A stretch of 61,728 bases of DNA from an uncultured Alphaproteobacteria bacterium (GTDB lineage Bacteria > Pseudomonadota > Alphaproteobacteria > HIMB59): positions 1-61,728 of the forward strand of contig CABZOW010000001.1 of NCBI GenBank assembly GCA_902527525.1, given 5' to 3'. The first letter of the stretch is position 1. Every line of letters begins with the position of its first letter. The notes below the pieces were generated by a model. That model was given only the letters and a program-made list of their open reading frames with translations. It was not told the origin of the DNA and did no database searches. The translations under genes and the position numbers were made by a program. Shown in pieces: positions 12,488-21,777 of this stretch.

Positions 12488-13335
12488 TTATATAAGATCT
12501 TTTTAGTTTTTTGATTTTTGTCTAATTTAATTAAAGCATTACATATATCAGGAGAAGTGAGAGACATCCATTTTGACAATTTTTCATAATATTGAATAAA
12601 TAGAAAGAGTTTCTTTTTAAGATTATTGTCACTTCTCAATGAACGAAGACCTAATTCTTGTTTATATTTCCAGTTAATAACATATTGCCAGTTGGGTAAT
12701 TTGATAAAAATATAATAGTTAAACTTATTAAAAAGTTTTTGGTATTCAATTAAGGCTTGATTGTAAGCTGTTCTCCATATCATATTGGGATCATTTATTT
12801 TTTCTAAGTCATTGATATTTTTTTTTAAATATTCGGGATTTATTGGTTTTGAGCCAACGCACCACCCTTCTAAAATTATTAAATCTGCTTTATTAATTTT
12901 TCTATTATATTTTTTTTTATTATCAGTTACCTTGTCAAAGATCGGAATATATACTGGAAAATTATTTCTTTTTAATTTATCAACTGTCTCAATAAGTAAT
13001 TTTAAATTATGTGTATAAGGAACACCTCTGGTATCAAATAAATTAGTTTTCAATTTTTTTGCCAACTGTTTTCTTTGATAAGATGATAAATAAAAGTCAT
13101 CAATGCTAAGAATTACAACACTCTTAAAATAAAATTTTTTAAAAAATTTTTTAATTTGTATTGATAATGTTGATTTACCAGAACCTTGTGATCCAGCTAT
13201 CATTAATGTTTTTTCATTTTTTATTTGATTGAATAAGTCTACGTATAGTTTAGCTATTTTATTAGATAGATCAGATCCAGTAAGCTCTTTGTGAGATTTA
13301 AATAAGAAGTCTAACTTATTTTTAATATCAGACAT
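12484..13335 (-). CDS. D-glycerate 3-kinase-like P-loop kinase (GLYK type)
   Basis: AGSQGSGKST, LSIDDFYL, TRGVP.TH, P.FDK..D, ILEGWCVG and F.QYYE. Confidence 0.8.
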   Translation of the reverse strand: MSDIKNKLDFLFKSHKELTGSDLSNKIAKLYVDLFNQIKNEKTLMIAGSQGSGKSTLSIQIKKFFKKFYFKSVVILSIDDFYLSSYQRKQLAKKLKTNLFDTRGVPYTHNLKLLIETVDKLKRNNFPVYIPIFDKVTDNKKKYNRKINKADLIILEGWCVGSKPINPEYLKKNINDLEKINDPNMIWRTAYNQALIEYQKLFNKFNYYIFIKLPNWQYVINWKYKQELGLRSLRSDNNLKKKLFLFIQYYEKLSKWMSLTSPDICNALIKLDKNQKTKKILYK

Positions 13336-13345
13336 GATTATGTAT

Positions 13346-13422
13346 TGGCGCGCTCTGCAGGATTCGAACCTGCGACCCTCTGCTTAGAAGGCAGATGCTC
13401 TATCCAGCTGAGCTAAGAGCGC
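13346..13422 (-). tRNA. tRNA-Arg (anticodon TCT)
   Basis: Reverse complement GCGCTCTTAGCTCAGCTGGATAGAGCATCTGCCTTCTAAGCAGAGGGTCGCAGGTTCGAATCCTGCAGAGCGCGCCA forms a cloverleaf with TTC T-loop and encoded CCA. Confidence 0.97.
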
Positions 13423-13485
13423 ATTTATTGGAATATTTACCACTTCAACTTTATATTTTCTACTTTAATATGCATTAATTTTTAA

Positions 13486-14262
13486 ATGAACAACACATTA
13501 ATAAAAGTCGAAAATTTAGTAAAAACTTTTGGTGGTTTAGTAGCGCTTAATGACTGCTCCTTAGAAATAAAAGATAAAGCTATTACTGGTATTATTGGGC
13601 CTAATGGCTCAGGCAAAACGACATTATTTAACGTCATAACTGGTAATCTTAAACCAGATACAGGGAAAGTTTTCTATAATGGTGTTGAAATCACAAATGA
13701 AGAGTCACACGAATTGTTTCATTTAGGAGTATTAAGAACATTTCAAATTGCACATGAATTTTCAAATATGACAGTTATTGAAAATTTAATGGTAGTTCCA
13801 GGTAATCAAAAGGGTGAAAAACTTCTCTACTCCCTTATGAATAATCGACAAATAAAAAAAGAGGATGAAATTATCAAAGATAAGGCTATGGATGTTCTAA
13901 AATTTCTTAAGATAGAACACTTAAAAAATGAAAAAGCAGGAAATCTCTCTGGAGGACAAAAGAAATTATTAGAGTTGGCGAGAACTATGATGGTTGATGC
14001 AAAAATAGTTTTCTTAGATGAAGTTGGAGCAGGTGTTAATAAAACTCTTTTAAAAGATATCAGTGAGTCGATTTTAAAACTTAATCAGGATAAAGGTTAC
14101 ACATTTTGTATGATTGAGCATGATTTTAATTTTATAAGTGAGTTATGTGACCCAGTTATTGTTTTAGCAGAAGGATCAGTCCTCTTTAAAGGTTCTGCTG
14201 AAGAAGTTAAGTCAAATGAACAGGTTATTGAGTCCTATTTGGGTAAGGGATTTAAAAAGTAA
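13486..14262 (+). CDS. livG: Liv-type (HAAT) ABC transporter ATP-binding protein (LivG-like)
   Basis: GPNGSGKTT, RTFQ, LSGGQKK, LDE and IEHD. Confidence 0.85.
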   Translation: MNNTLIKVENLVKTFGGLVALNDCSLEIKDKAITGIIGPNGSGKTTLFNVITGNLKPDTGKVFYNGVEITNEESHELFHLGVLRTFQIAHEFSNMTVIENLMVVPGNQKGEKLLYSLMNNRQIKKEDEIIKDKAMDVLKFLKIEHLKNEKAGNLSGGQKKLLELARTMMVDAKIVFLDEVGAGVNKTLLKDISESILKLNQDKGYTFCMIEHDFNFISELCDPVIVLAEGSVLFKGSAEEVKSNEQVIESYLGKGFKK

Positions 14263-14963
14263 TGTTTTTTTCAGCGACAAAGTTAACTGGAGGGTACGGT
14301 GGAGTTAACATTATTGAAGATTGCTCTTTCAATGTAGATCGTGGAGAGATTGTGTCTATTCTGGGCCCCAATGGTGCTGGAAAATCAACGGCAATGAGAG
14401 CCATGCTTGGTATATTAGACTTAAAAGATGGTAATGTAATGCTAGATGGTAAAGATATTACAAATCTAAAAACACAAGACCGAATAAAGCTAGGCTTATC
14501 GTTCGTACCTCAAATTAAAAATATCTTTACAGAGTTAACAGTAAAAGAAAATTTAGAGATGGGAGCGTTTATCAATGACGATAATTTATCCTCTAGAATA
14601 GAGGAAATGTATGATCTATTCCCTATAATTAAAGAAAAGAAGGATCAGTTTGCTGGTGAGTTATCTGGCGGTCAAAGGCAACAAGTTGCAATAGCAAGGG
14701 CATTAATGACTAATCCTGATGTTTTAATGCTCGATGAGCCCACAGCAGGTGTCTCACCTGTAATTATGACTGAATTATTTCAACACATCCTGAATATTAA
14801 AAAACAAAATATTGCTATCCTGATGGTTGAGCAAAATGCACGACAAGCGTTAGAAGTATCTGACCTGGGTTATATATTGGTGACAGGAAGGAATGCATAC
14901 GAAGGTAAAGGTGACTACCTATTAAATGATAAAGAGATCAGAAAAGCTTTTTTGGGAGGATAA
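14262..14963 (+). CDS. livF: Liv-type ABC transporter ATP-binding protein (LivF-like)
   Basis: GPNGAGKST, LSGGQRQ, LDEP and VEQNA. Confidence 0.85.
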   Translation: MFFSATKLTGGYGGVNIIEDCSFNVDRGEIVSILGPNGAGKSTAMRAMLGILDLKDGNVMLDGKDITNLKTQDRIKLGLSFVPQIKNIFTELTVKENLEMGAFINDDNLSSRIEEMYDLFPIIKEKKDQFAGELSGGQRQQVAIARALMTNPDVLMLDEPTAGVSPVIMTELFQHILNIKKQNIAILMVEQNARQALEVSDLGYILVTGRNAYEGKGDYLLNDKEIRKAFLGG

Positions 14964-15974
14964 ATGGATTTTTTAAACTCTATCATACTTCTAACTAACT
15001 TTATTATTGTACCTGGTATCACTTATGGATCTCAATTGGCGCTTGGTGCTATTGGGGTAACTTTAATTTATGGAGTGTTAAGATTTGCTAACTTTGCCTA
15101 TGGAGACTTAATGGCTTTTGGAACTATGGTTGTAATTCTTATGACATGGTATTTACAGTCAAAGGGAATTTCATTTGGATTACTTCCAACGGCTCTTCTG
15201 GCTTTACCCATTGGAATCTTATTAACAATTGCTGTGAGCTTATTCTTTGACAAGACAGTTTTTGAATATTACAGAAATAAAAAAAGTAATCCTGTAACTT
15301 TTATAGTTGTGAGTCTTGGTATTATGTTTGTTTTAAATGCAGTGGTGAGAATTATCATTGGGCCAAATGATATAAATTTTATGGATGGACATAAATTCAT
15401 AATGAAAGCGAGAGAATTTAAACAATTAACAGGTTTAAATGAAGGTCTAGCAATAAAGTCTACACAAGTAATCACATTGGTAACAACTATAATCACCTGC
15501 TCAATACTGTTTTATTTTTTAAATAAAACAAAGACTGGAAAATCGATGAGGGCATATTCAAATAATGAAGACCTTGCCCTACTCTCAGGCATTGACCCAA
15601 AAAAAATAGTTTTAATAACATGGGTAATAGTTTCTATTTTAGCAAGTGTTGCAGGAACATTATATGGATTAGACAAAAGCTTTAAGCCCTTTACCTATTT
15701 TAATAATCTTCTTCCTATCTTTGCAGCAACAATAGTCGGAGGGATAGGTAATCCTTTAGGGGCGTTCTATGGGGGTTTTTTAATAGCATTCTCTGAAATA
15801 GGTCTTACCTATGCATATAAAAAATTCTTTAAATATATTATGCCAGAGAGTTTAGAGCCGAGTACGCTTATACAATTTATCTCAACTGATTATAAATTTG
15901 CTATCTCTTTTGCAATATTGATAGTTGTTCTCATATTTAGGCCAAATGGAATTTTTAAAGGGAAAGTCATATGA
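14964..15974 (+). CDS. livH: Liv-type ABC transporter permease (LivH-like)
   Basis: Hydrophobic, with G.TLIYGVLRFANFA.GD, GKSMRA, GGIGNP.GA and RPNGIF. Confidence 0.85.
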   Translation: MDFLNSIILLTNFIIVPGITYGSQLALGAIGVTLIYGVLRFANFAYGDLMAFGTMVVILMTWYLQSKGISFGLLPTALLALPIGILLTIAVSLFFDKTVFEYYRNKKSNPVTFIVVSLGIMFVLNAVVRIIIGPNDINFMDGHKFIMKAREFKQLTGLNEGLAIKSTQVITLVTTIITCSILFYFLNKTKTGKSMRAYSNNEDLALLSGIDPKKIVLITWVIVSILASVAGTLYGLDKSFKPFTYFNNLLPIFAATIVGGIGNPLGAFYGGFLIAFSEIGLTYAYKKFFKYIMPESLEPSTLIQFISTDYKFAISFAILIVVLIFRPNGIFKGKVI

Positions 15975-17341
15975 TCAAAAATATAGACTTTAGAATTTGT
16001 TTTTCTGTGATGACTATATTAACATTTTTAGTTGGCATGTTTCAGTCCTGGGGCATAGCTCTATCAATGTTAAATCTTTGTTTGATCTCTGCAGTTATGG
16101 CAATGGGGGTAAATATACAATGGGGATTTGCGGGGTTAATAAACTTTGGTGTAATGGGTTTTTTAGCCATAGGAGGACTTGCTACTGTTTTAGTTTCTGT
16201 ACCACCTGTGCATGAAGCTTGGAGTGCTGGAGGTATAGGTATTTTAATATCAGGACTATTTTTAGCAGCAGTTGTAATTAGCATATTTATAATTAATAAA
16301 AAATTATCGAAACATAAATATAAAAACTATTTTGTATTCTTAATTATAATTTTAACTATCCCTTTACTTAAATTCATAGCAGGACCATCAATCAGTAAAA
16401 TTGAGTCTATAAATGCTGCTACTTCTGGCTTCCTTGGGGGTGCGAATTTACCAATTATTTTCTCTTGGTTTGTAGGAGCAATTTTATCTGCCTTAGTGGC
16501 TTTTGTTGTAGGCAAAGTATGTTTAGGATTAAGATCAGACTATTTAGCTATTTCTACTCTGTTGGTATCAGGAATTATAATTACGATTGTAAAACATGAA
16601 GAGTGGCTATCAAGAGGTGTTAAGAATGTTATTGGTCTTAAGAGACCCGTTCCTTATGAAGTGAATTTACAAGAGTCAGAATGGTTTATTAATTTAGTTC
16701 AGTTTTTTAACTCATCAAAGTTATCAAATGTTTTAGACCCTGAAGTAAAAATTTCTTTACTTAATCAATTAGTAATCTCCTCTTCAAGTGTTTTTGTGAA
16801 ACTTTGTTTTAGTTTGATTTTTTTAGTCGTTGTATTTGTAATTCTATATTTCTCAGAAAAGGCTTTAAATTCTCCCTGGGGTAGGATGATGAGAGCTATA
16901 AGAGATAATGAAGAAGCGGCTAGGGCCATGGGTAAGAATGTTGTCAAACAACATTTGTTTATTTTTATGCTAGGGTCAGCGATTATCGGATTTGCAGGTG
17001 CAATGCTCGTTACTTATGATGGTCTTTTTACCCCATCAAGCTATCAACCACTAAGATATACCTTTTTGATATGGGTGATGGTCCTCTTGGGGGGTACAGG
17101 AAATAATTATGGGGCAGTTCTTGGAGGATTTGTAGTCTGGTTTATTTGGATACAATCAGCTCCATTTGCAATGGTTGTAATTAATATATTCACTAGCCAT
17201 TTAGATGAAACTAGTTACATCAAAGATCATCTTCAAAATAGTGTTCCATACTTTCGATATTTAATGATGGGGTTAGGACTACTATTAGTTATGAGATATA
17301 GACCAAAAGGATTACTTCCAGAAAAAGTTATTAAAAATTAA
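15971..17341 (+). CDS. livM: Liv-type ABC transporter permease (LivM-like)
   Basis: GLINFG, LRSDYLAI, SPWGR..RAIRDNE.AA, GG.GNN.G and RPKGLL. Confidence 0.85.
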   Translation: MIKNIDFRICFSVMTILTFLVGMFQSWGIALSMLNLCLISAVMAMGVNIQWGFAGLINFGVMGFLAIGGLATVLVSVPPVHEAWSAGGIGILISGLFLAAVVISIFIINKKLSKHKYKNYFVFLIIILTIPLLKFIAGPSISKIESINAATSGFLGGANLPIIFSWFVGAILSALVAFVVGKVCLGLRSDYLAISTLLVSGIIITIVKHEEWLSRGVKNVIGLKRPVPYEVNLQESEWFINLVQFFNSSKLSNVLDPEVKISLLNQLVISSSSVFVKLCFSLIFLVVVFVILYFSEKALNSPWGRMMRAIRDNEEAARAMGKNVVKQHLFIFMLGSAIIGFAGAMLVTYDGLFTPSSYQPLRYTFLIWVMVLLGGTGNNYGAVLGGFVVWFIWIQSAPFAMVVINIFTSHLDETSYIKDHLQNSVPYFRYLMMGLGLLLVMRYRPKGLLPEKVIKN

Positions 17342-17349
17342 AGAAATTA

Positions 17350-17384
17350 TTTAGCCCCACCTCTAAAAGGTGAGGCTAAATTTT
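17350..17384. terminator. Intrinsic, likely bidirectional terminator between convergent livM and the substrate-binding gene
   Basis: TTTAGCCCCACCT-CTAAA-AGGTGAGGCTAAA: 13-bp stem with one mismatch (a G-U pair on the minus-strand RNA), flanked by T-rich tracts. Confidence 0.8.
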
Positions 17385-17389
17385 AATGA

Positions 17390-18565
17390 TTATCTCTGAG
17401 CTACGTCTGTGAATTGACCGCCTTCAATTCCTTTTTCAAGGAATGCTCCAAATGCTTCACCAACTTCTGTGAAATTAACATCTGTTGCTCCGTCATAGTC
17501 TACTGCAAAACCAGCACATGCAAGTTCAAGACCTTTAGCTAATTCACCAGCATAAATCTTCGTACCAGGACCGTTAGCTACACTCATAATATTTGCAGCT
17601 ACAGTTGCACTGTCATCAGAGCCACCTTTACACATAGCTAACATTATTAATGCTGCGGCGTCGTATGACTCGCCAACATAAACTGAAGGGTCAACACCGT
17701 TAGCTTCGGCGTATGCTTTAAACTTCATAGCACCAGCGCCTAATGAACCAGGCATAGAACCAAAAGATCCATCAAGATCAGAACCAAAAGTATCTGTTAA
17801 TGAAGCACCAATCATTCCATCAGAAAGCACAAATGTATCAAAAGCACCACTATCAAGTGATCCCTGTATAATCTGATTTCCACCTTGATCTAAATAACCA
17901 ATAACAACTAAAGCATCGCCACCAGCAGATGAAAGAACACCTACCTCAGCACTGTAGTCAGCTTTATCACCTTCGTGAGCAGTTTTTGCTGTAACTTCGA
18001 TACCTCTAGCATTAGCGGCAGCTTCATATACATCAGCTAAACCGACACCATAGTCAGTGTTAACATACGTAATTGCAACACTTGTAATACCTCTGTCATT
18101 GGTAATGTCTGCTAATACTTCTCCGCCTCTAGCATCAGAAGGAGCTGTTCTAAAAAAAAGACCATTATCCTCTGCTGTTGTTAAAGCAGGTGAAGTCGCA
18201 GATGGTGAAATCATGGGTACACCATTTGGAACAGCTACGTTTGAAAGAACTGCACCTGTAACACCAGAACAGTCTGCTCCCATGATAGCTGTAACGCCTT
18301 GTGATATTAAAAATTCAGCCGCAGATGCTGCTGCAGCTGAGTCAATACATGTTGAGTCAGCTCTAATTGAGCTAACTGTAGAACCACCTAGAAGTGCACC
18401 AGAGTCTGAAGCTTCGTTAAAAGCTAACTCAGCGCCTGCAGCCATACCTGGCGTTAATGATTCAATAGGTCCTGTAAAACCTAAAATAATGCCAACTTTA
18501 ACTTCTTTAGCGTATGACGTGCTAAACATAAATAAAGCAAGCAGAGTTGTAATGAACTTAATCAT
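17390..18565 (-). CDS. Liv-type (LivJ/K family) ABC substrate-binding protein
   Basis: Signal peptide, G..LGFTGPIESL, GADCSG, MISPSATSPAL, FFRTAPSD and YDAA. Purine-rich RBS upstream. Confidence 0.88.
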   Translation of the reverse strand: MIKFITTLLALFMFSTSYAKEVKVGIILGFTGPIESLTPGMAAGAELAFNEASDSGALLGGSTVSSIRADSTCIDSAAAASAAEFLISQGVTAIMGADCSGVTGAVLSNVAVPNGVPMISPSATSPALTTAEDNGLFFRTAPSDARGGEVLADITNDRGITSVAITYVNTDYGVGLADVYEAAANARGIEVTAKTAHEGDKADYSAEVGVLSSAGGDALVVIGYLDQGGNQIIQGSLDSGAFDTFVLSDGMIGASLTDTFGSDLDGSFGSMPGSLGAGAMKFKAYAEANGVDPSVYVGESYDAAALIMLAMCKGGSDDSATVAANIMSVANGPGTKIYAGELAKGLELACAGFAVDYDGATDVNFTEVGEAFGAFLEKGIEGGQFTDVAQR

Positions 18566-18638
18566 TTCTTTCCCCCTTATTAATTAATAATTATGCAGTG
18601 ATAATAGTATTATATTTTGAAAAATGAATATTTAATTA

Positions 18639-18950
18639 TTAATGGGTCCAGGAAGTTTTTCTATTATTTGAGAAATTACTCGCATAACTCTTTGGTTTTA
18701 CTTGTTTATAAGTTTGATCCACAACCTTGTATTCATATGAGTTCTTTTGACACCATAAGATAGCATCATCCAGAGAATCAAAATTGAGTTTTAGTTGTTT
18801 GGTTGTATTTTTGGAACTATTCCATCCCATTAAAACATCTTTTTGAAGACTAGGATCAAATTCAAATTCAATAATCCATAATTTAGTTTTTTTTAGACCC
18901 GATTGCATATTAGTTTTTGAAGGTCTTTTGATTGTAACTTTTTTCATCAT
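18639..18950 (-). CDS. ETC complex I subunit (NDUFS4-like)
   Basis: P.KT.MQSG, W..EF, LMGW.SS, L.F.S...A and KPKSYA.NF. Confidence 0.88.
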   Translation of the reverse strand: MMKKVTIKRPSKTNMQSGLKKTKLWIIEFEFDPSLQKDVLMGWNSSKNTTKQLKLNFDSLDDAILWCQKNSYEYKVVDQTYKQVKPKSYASNFSNNRKTSWTH

Positions 18951-18958
18951 TTATTTCT

Positions 18959-19035
<77 letters not shown>

Positions 19036-19087
19036 AGTATTGAATATATATACTTTTGTCTTATAAATAGTCAAACAGTTAAATTAC

Positions 19088-19660
19088 ATGCAAAAAGTAA
19101 GTAAAATAAAAAAAACCCTTTTATCAAAAAGTTTTTTTAGCTTTTGGAAATACCAGTTTTTAATCAAGAGTAATAAAAAAATAAAACCCTATAAAATTAA
19201 TAGAGAAATTTTGAATATTGGTGATGTTGTATTTGCATTATGTTTTAACAAAGAGGAAAAAAAATTTTACTTAATAAAACAATTTAGGCCATTTTACTTT
19301 GTAAGAGGTAAAAATTTAAAATATGAAATTGTTGGTGGTCTGGTTGATAAGGGTGAAAATTTAACAACAGCCTTAAAAAGAGAAATTAAAGAAGAGATTG
19401 GAGTTAAAACAAAAAAAATAGTTAAACTAACTACATATTGCCCAGTTCCAGGTTACTCTGATGAAATTGTTCATGTTTACTATGCCGAGGTAGAAAAAAT
19501 TAAATTTAAATCGCTCTACAATAAGAATGAAAATGAAGAAATAAAAATTTTTAAACTAACACTTACTCAATTAAAAAAAATTAATGAAAGTAAATCAATT
19601 CAAAACGTGCTCACAAAAATTTCGATATATGAATATTTAAAAAAATTTAAAAAGAGTTAA
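19088..19660 (+). CDS. NUDIX hydrolase (ADP-ribose pyrophosphatase-like)
   Basis: Nudix box GGLVDKGENLTTALKREIKEEIG, plus LIKQFR and PG.SDE. Confidence 0.85.
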   Translation: MQKVSKIKKTLLSKSFFSFWKYQFLIKSNKKIKPYKINREILNIGDVVFALCFNKEEKKFYLIKQFRPFYFVRGKNLKYEIVGGLVDKGENLTTALKREIKEEIGVKTKKIVKLTTYCPVPGYSDEIVHVYYAEVEKIKFKSLYNKNENEEIKIFKLTLTQLKKINESKSIQNVLTKISIYEYLKKFKKS

Positions 19661-20588
19661 CGTTATTGACTATTTTATTATCTTTTAAGAAATCAGCAAC
19701 TTGGTTTGCTACGTCAATGGCAACATTAGATTGAGCTTCCTTTGAAGAGGCACCTAAATGTGGTGTTAAAAGTAAATTTTTAGCTCCAAACATAACGTTA
19801 TCTGTTGCAGGTTCATTTTCATAAACGTCGATAGCTGCCCCTGCTATGACTCCATTGTTTAAAGCGTCTTTTAAATCTGCTTCATTGATTAAACCACCCC
19901 TTGCACAATTTATAATAACTGATGTAGGTTTCATGGTAGAAAGGGTTTCCTTATTAAACATATATTTAGTTTCATCATTTAATTTTGTATGAATTGAAAC
20001 AATATCAGCTTCTTTTATTAACTGCTCAGTTGAAACTTTTTTTGCTTTAAATCTAGATAGATCTTCATCGCTAGCTGATTTAGAGTTAGTAATAATGTTC
20101 ATTCCAATTGTTGAGCAAATTTCAGCAACTCTTTGTCCAATATTACCATAACCAACTATTCCAAGTGTTTTTCCTTTTAATTCAGTCCCAATAAACTTAG
20201 GTTTTTCCCATTTTCCTTGATGAGTCGAGTCATTAGCTAAATGTATATTTCTCATTAGTGAAAACATTAACCCCACACTTAACTCTGCAGTTGCCTCAAG
20301 ATTTCCTAAGGGAGTGTTCATTACTAAAATTTTATTTTTTGTTGCTTGATCAAGGTCAACATTATCAACACCTACCCCTGCTCTTCCTATAACTTTAAGG
20401 TTTTTACAGTCTACAAGTATATTCGACGTTAGTTTAGTAGCAGATCTAATTAAAATGCCATCATATTGATCAATTACTTCTTTGAGTTCCTCTGGGGACA
20501 TTCCAGTCTTGATATCGTAATCAATTTGTTTAGATTTAAGAACGTCTTCTACTTTATTACTCATTTTATCAGAAATTAAAATCTTCAT
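19647..20588 (-). CDS. serA: D-3-phosphoglycerate dehydrogenase, short form without ACT domain
   Basis: IRSATK, GRAGVGVDNVD, GYGNIG, NCARGG, DV...EP and TPHLGAS. Directly follows serC. Confidence 0.85.
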   Translation of the reverse strand: MKILISDKMSNKVEDVLKSKQIDYDIKTGMSPEELKEVIDQYDGILIRSATKLTSNILVDCKNLKVIGRAGVGVDNVDLDQATKNKILVMNTPLGNLEATAELSVGLMFSLMRNIHLANDSTHQGKWEKPKFIGTELKGKTLGIVGYGNIGQRVAEICSTIGMNIITNSKSASDEDLSRFKAKKVSTEQLIKEADIVSIHTKLNDETKYMFNKETLSTMKPTSVIINCARGGLINEADLKDALNNGVIAGAAIDVYENEPATDNVMFGAKNLLLTPHLGASSKEAQSNVAIDVANQVADFLKDNKIVNNVNSF

Positions 20589-21748
20589 TATTTATACCTT
20601 TCCATTGTTTCAAAAAAGGACCACTCAATCCATGGTAAAACTTTTTCAATATCAGAAGCTTCTACGGTTGCGCCTCCCCAAATCCTTATACCAGCTGGTG
20701 CATCTTTATAAGCATTAATATCATAACCAGCATCCTCCCTCTCTAATGTAGAACAAACCTCTTTTACTAATTTTTTTTGGTTATCATTGTCTAACGCTAC
20801 AAAATCAGGATGTATAAACTTAAAGCATATGCTAGTTGAAGAATAGGTATTTGGATCCACAGCCAAAAACTCTACCCAATCCCTTTGTTCAATCCAATCT
20901 CTTATGACTTGAAGATTTTTTTTTGATCTTGATATTAGCTCTTTTAGACCACCTATTTCAATACACCAATTCAAAGCATCTAAAGCATCCTCAGCGGCAA
21001 GTAAAGATGGTGTATTAATTGTAGCACCCTCAAAGATATCTTTAGCAAATTTTTTATTTTTAGCTAATTGAAAAATTTTTGGCATTGGCCAGGAAGGTTC
21101 ATAAGTCTCTAACCTTTCAACAGCTTTTGGAGATAAAGCAATCATTCCATGTGCAGCCTCTCCACCTAAAACTTTCTGCCAAGACCAAGTAACAACATCT
21201 AGTTTTTTAAAATCCATATTCATTGCAAATACAGCAGATGTTGCATCACAAATGGACAGACCTTCTCTGTCGTCTGGGATCCAGTCGGCATTAGGTATAC
21301 AGACACCTGAGGTTGTACCATTCCAAGTAAAAACAACATCGTTATTAAAATTAACTTTAGTTAAATCTGGAAGCTCACCATAGTTATCAGTTTTATGAAC
21401 ATTGACATTCTCTAGTTTTAACTGTTTTGTAATATCTTTTACCCAAGTCAATCCAAAGGTTTCCCAACCACAAACCTCAACACCTTTTAATCCTAAAAGA
21501 CTCCACATAGCCATTTCTATAGCCCCAGTATCTGATGCAGGGACAATACCTACTAAATAATCATCAGGTAATTCGAGTACCTCTTTTGATTTAACTATAA
21601 CTTCGTTTAATTTTGCTTTACCACTTTTCGCTCTATGGGATCTTCCTAATACCGCATCACTTAATGCATCTAATTTCCAACCAGGTCTTTTAGAGCAAGG
21701 TCCTGATGAAAAAAATGGATGATTTGGTTTAATAGTGGGTTTTTGCAT
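20588..21748 (-). CDS. serC: Phosphoserine aminotransferase (alphaproteobacterial/Methanosarcina type)
   Basis: [35 protein letters not shown] and TINTPS. GAGGAG RBS. Confidence 0.93.
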   Translation of the reverse strand: MQKPTIKPNHPFFSSGPCSKRPGWKLDALSDAVLGRSHRAKSGKAKLNEVIVKSKEVLELPDDYLVGIVPASDTGAIEMAMWSLLGLKGVEVCGWETFGLTWVKDITKQLKLENVNVHKTDNYGELPDLTKVNFNNDVVFTWNGTTSGVCIPNADWIPDDREGLSICDATSAVFAMNMDFKKLDVVTWSWQKVLGGEAAHGMIALSPKAVERLETYEPSWPMPKIFQLAKNKKFAKDIFEGATINTPSLLAAEDALDALNWCIEIGGLKELISRSKKNLQVIRDWIEQRDWVEFLAVDPNTYSSTSICFKFIHPDFVALDNDNQKKLVKEVCSTLEREDAGYDINAYKDAPAGIRIWGGATVEASDIEKVLPWIEWSFFETMERYK

Positions 21749-21777
21749 TGTTTATATTACTCCTCAGTTTTTAAGAT

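Noticed and set aside
18057-18587. 176-aa plus-strand ORF
   Set aside because: Antisense shadow of the codon-biased SBP gene, with no recognisable domain.
18577-18590. Perfect palindrome TTATTAATTAATAA upstream of the SBP RBS
   Set aside because: A/T-only, so expected by chance at this base composition. It cannot be called an operator without conservation data.
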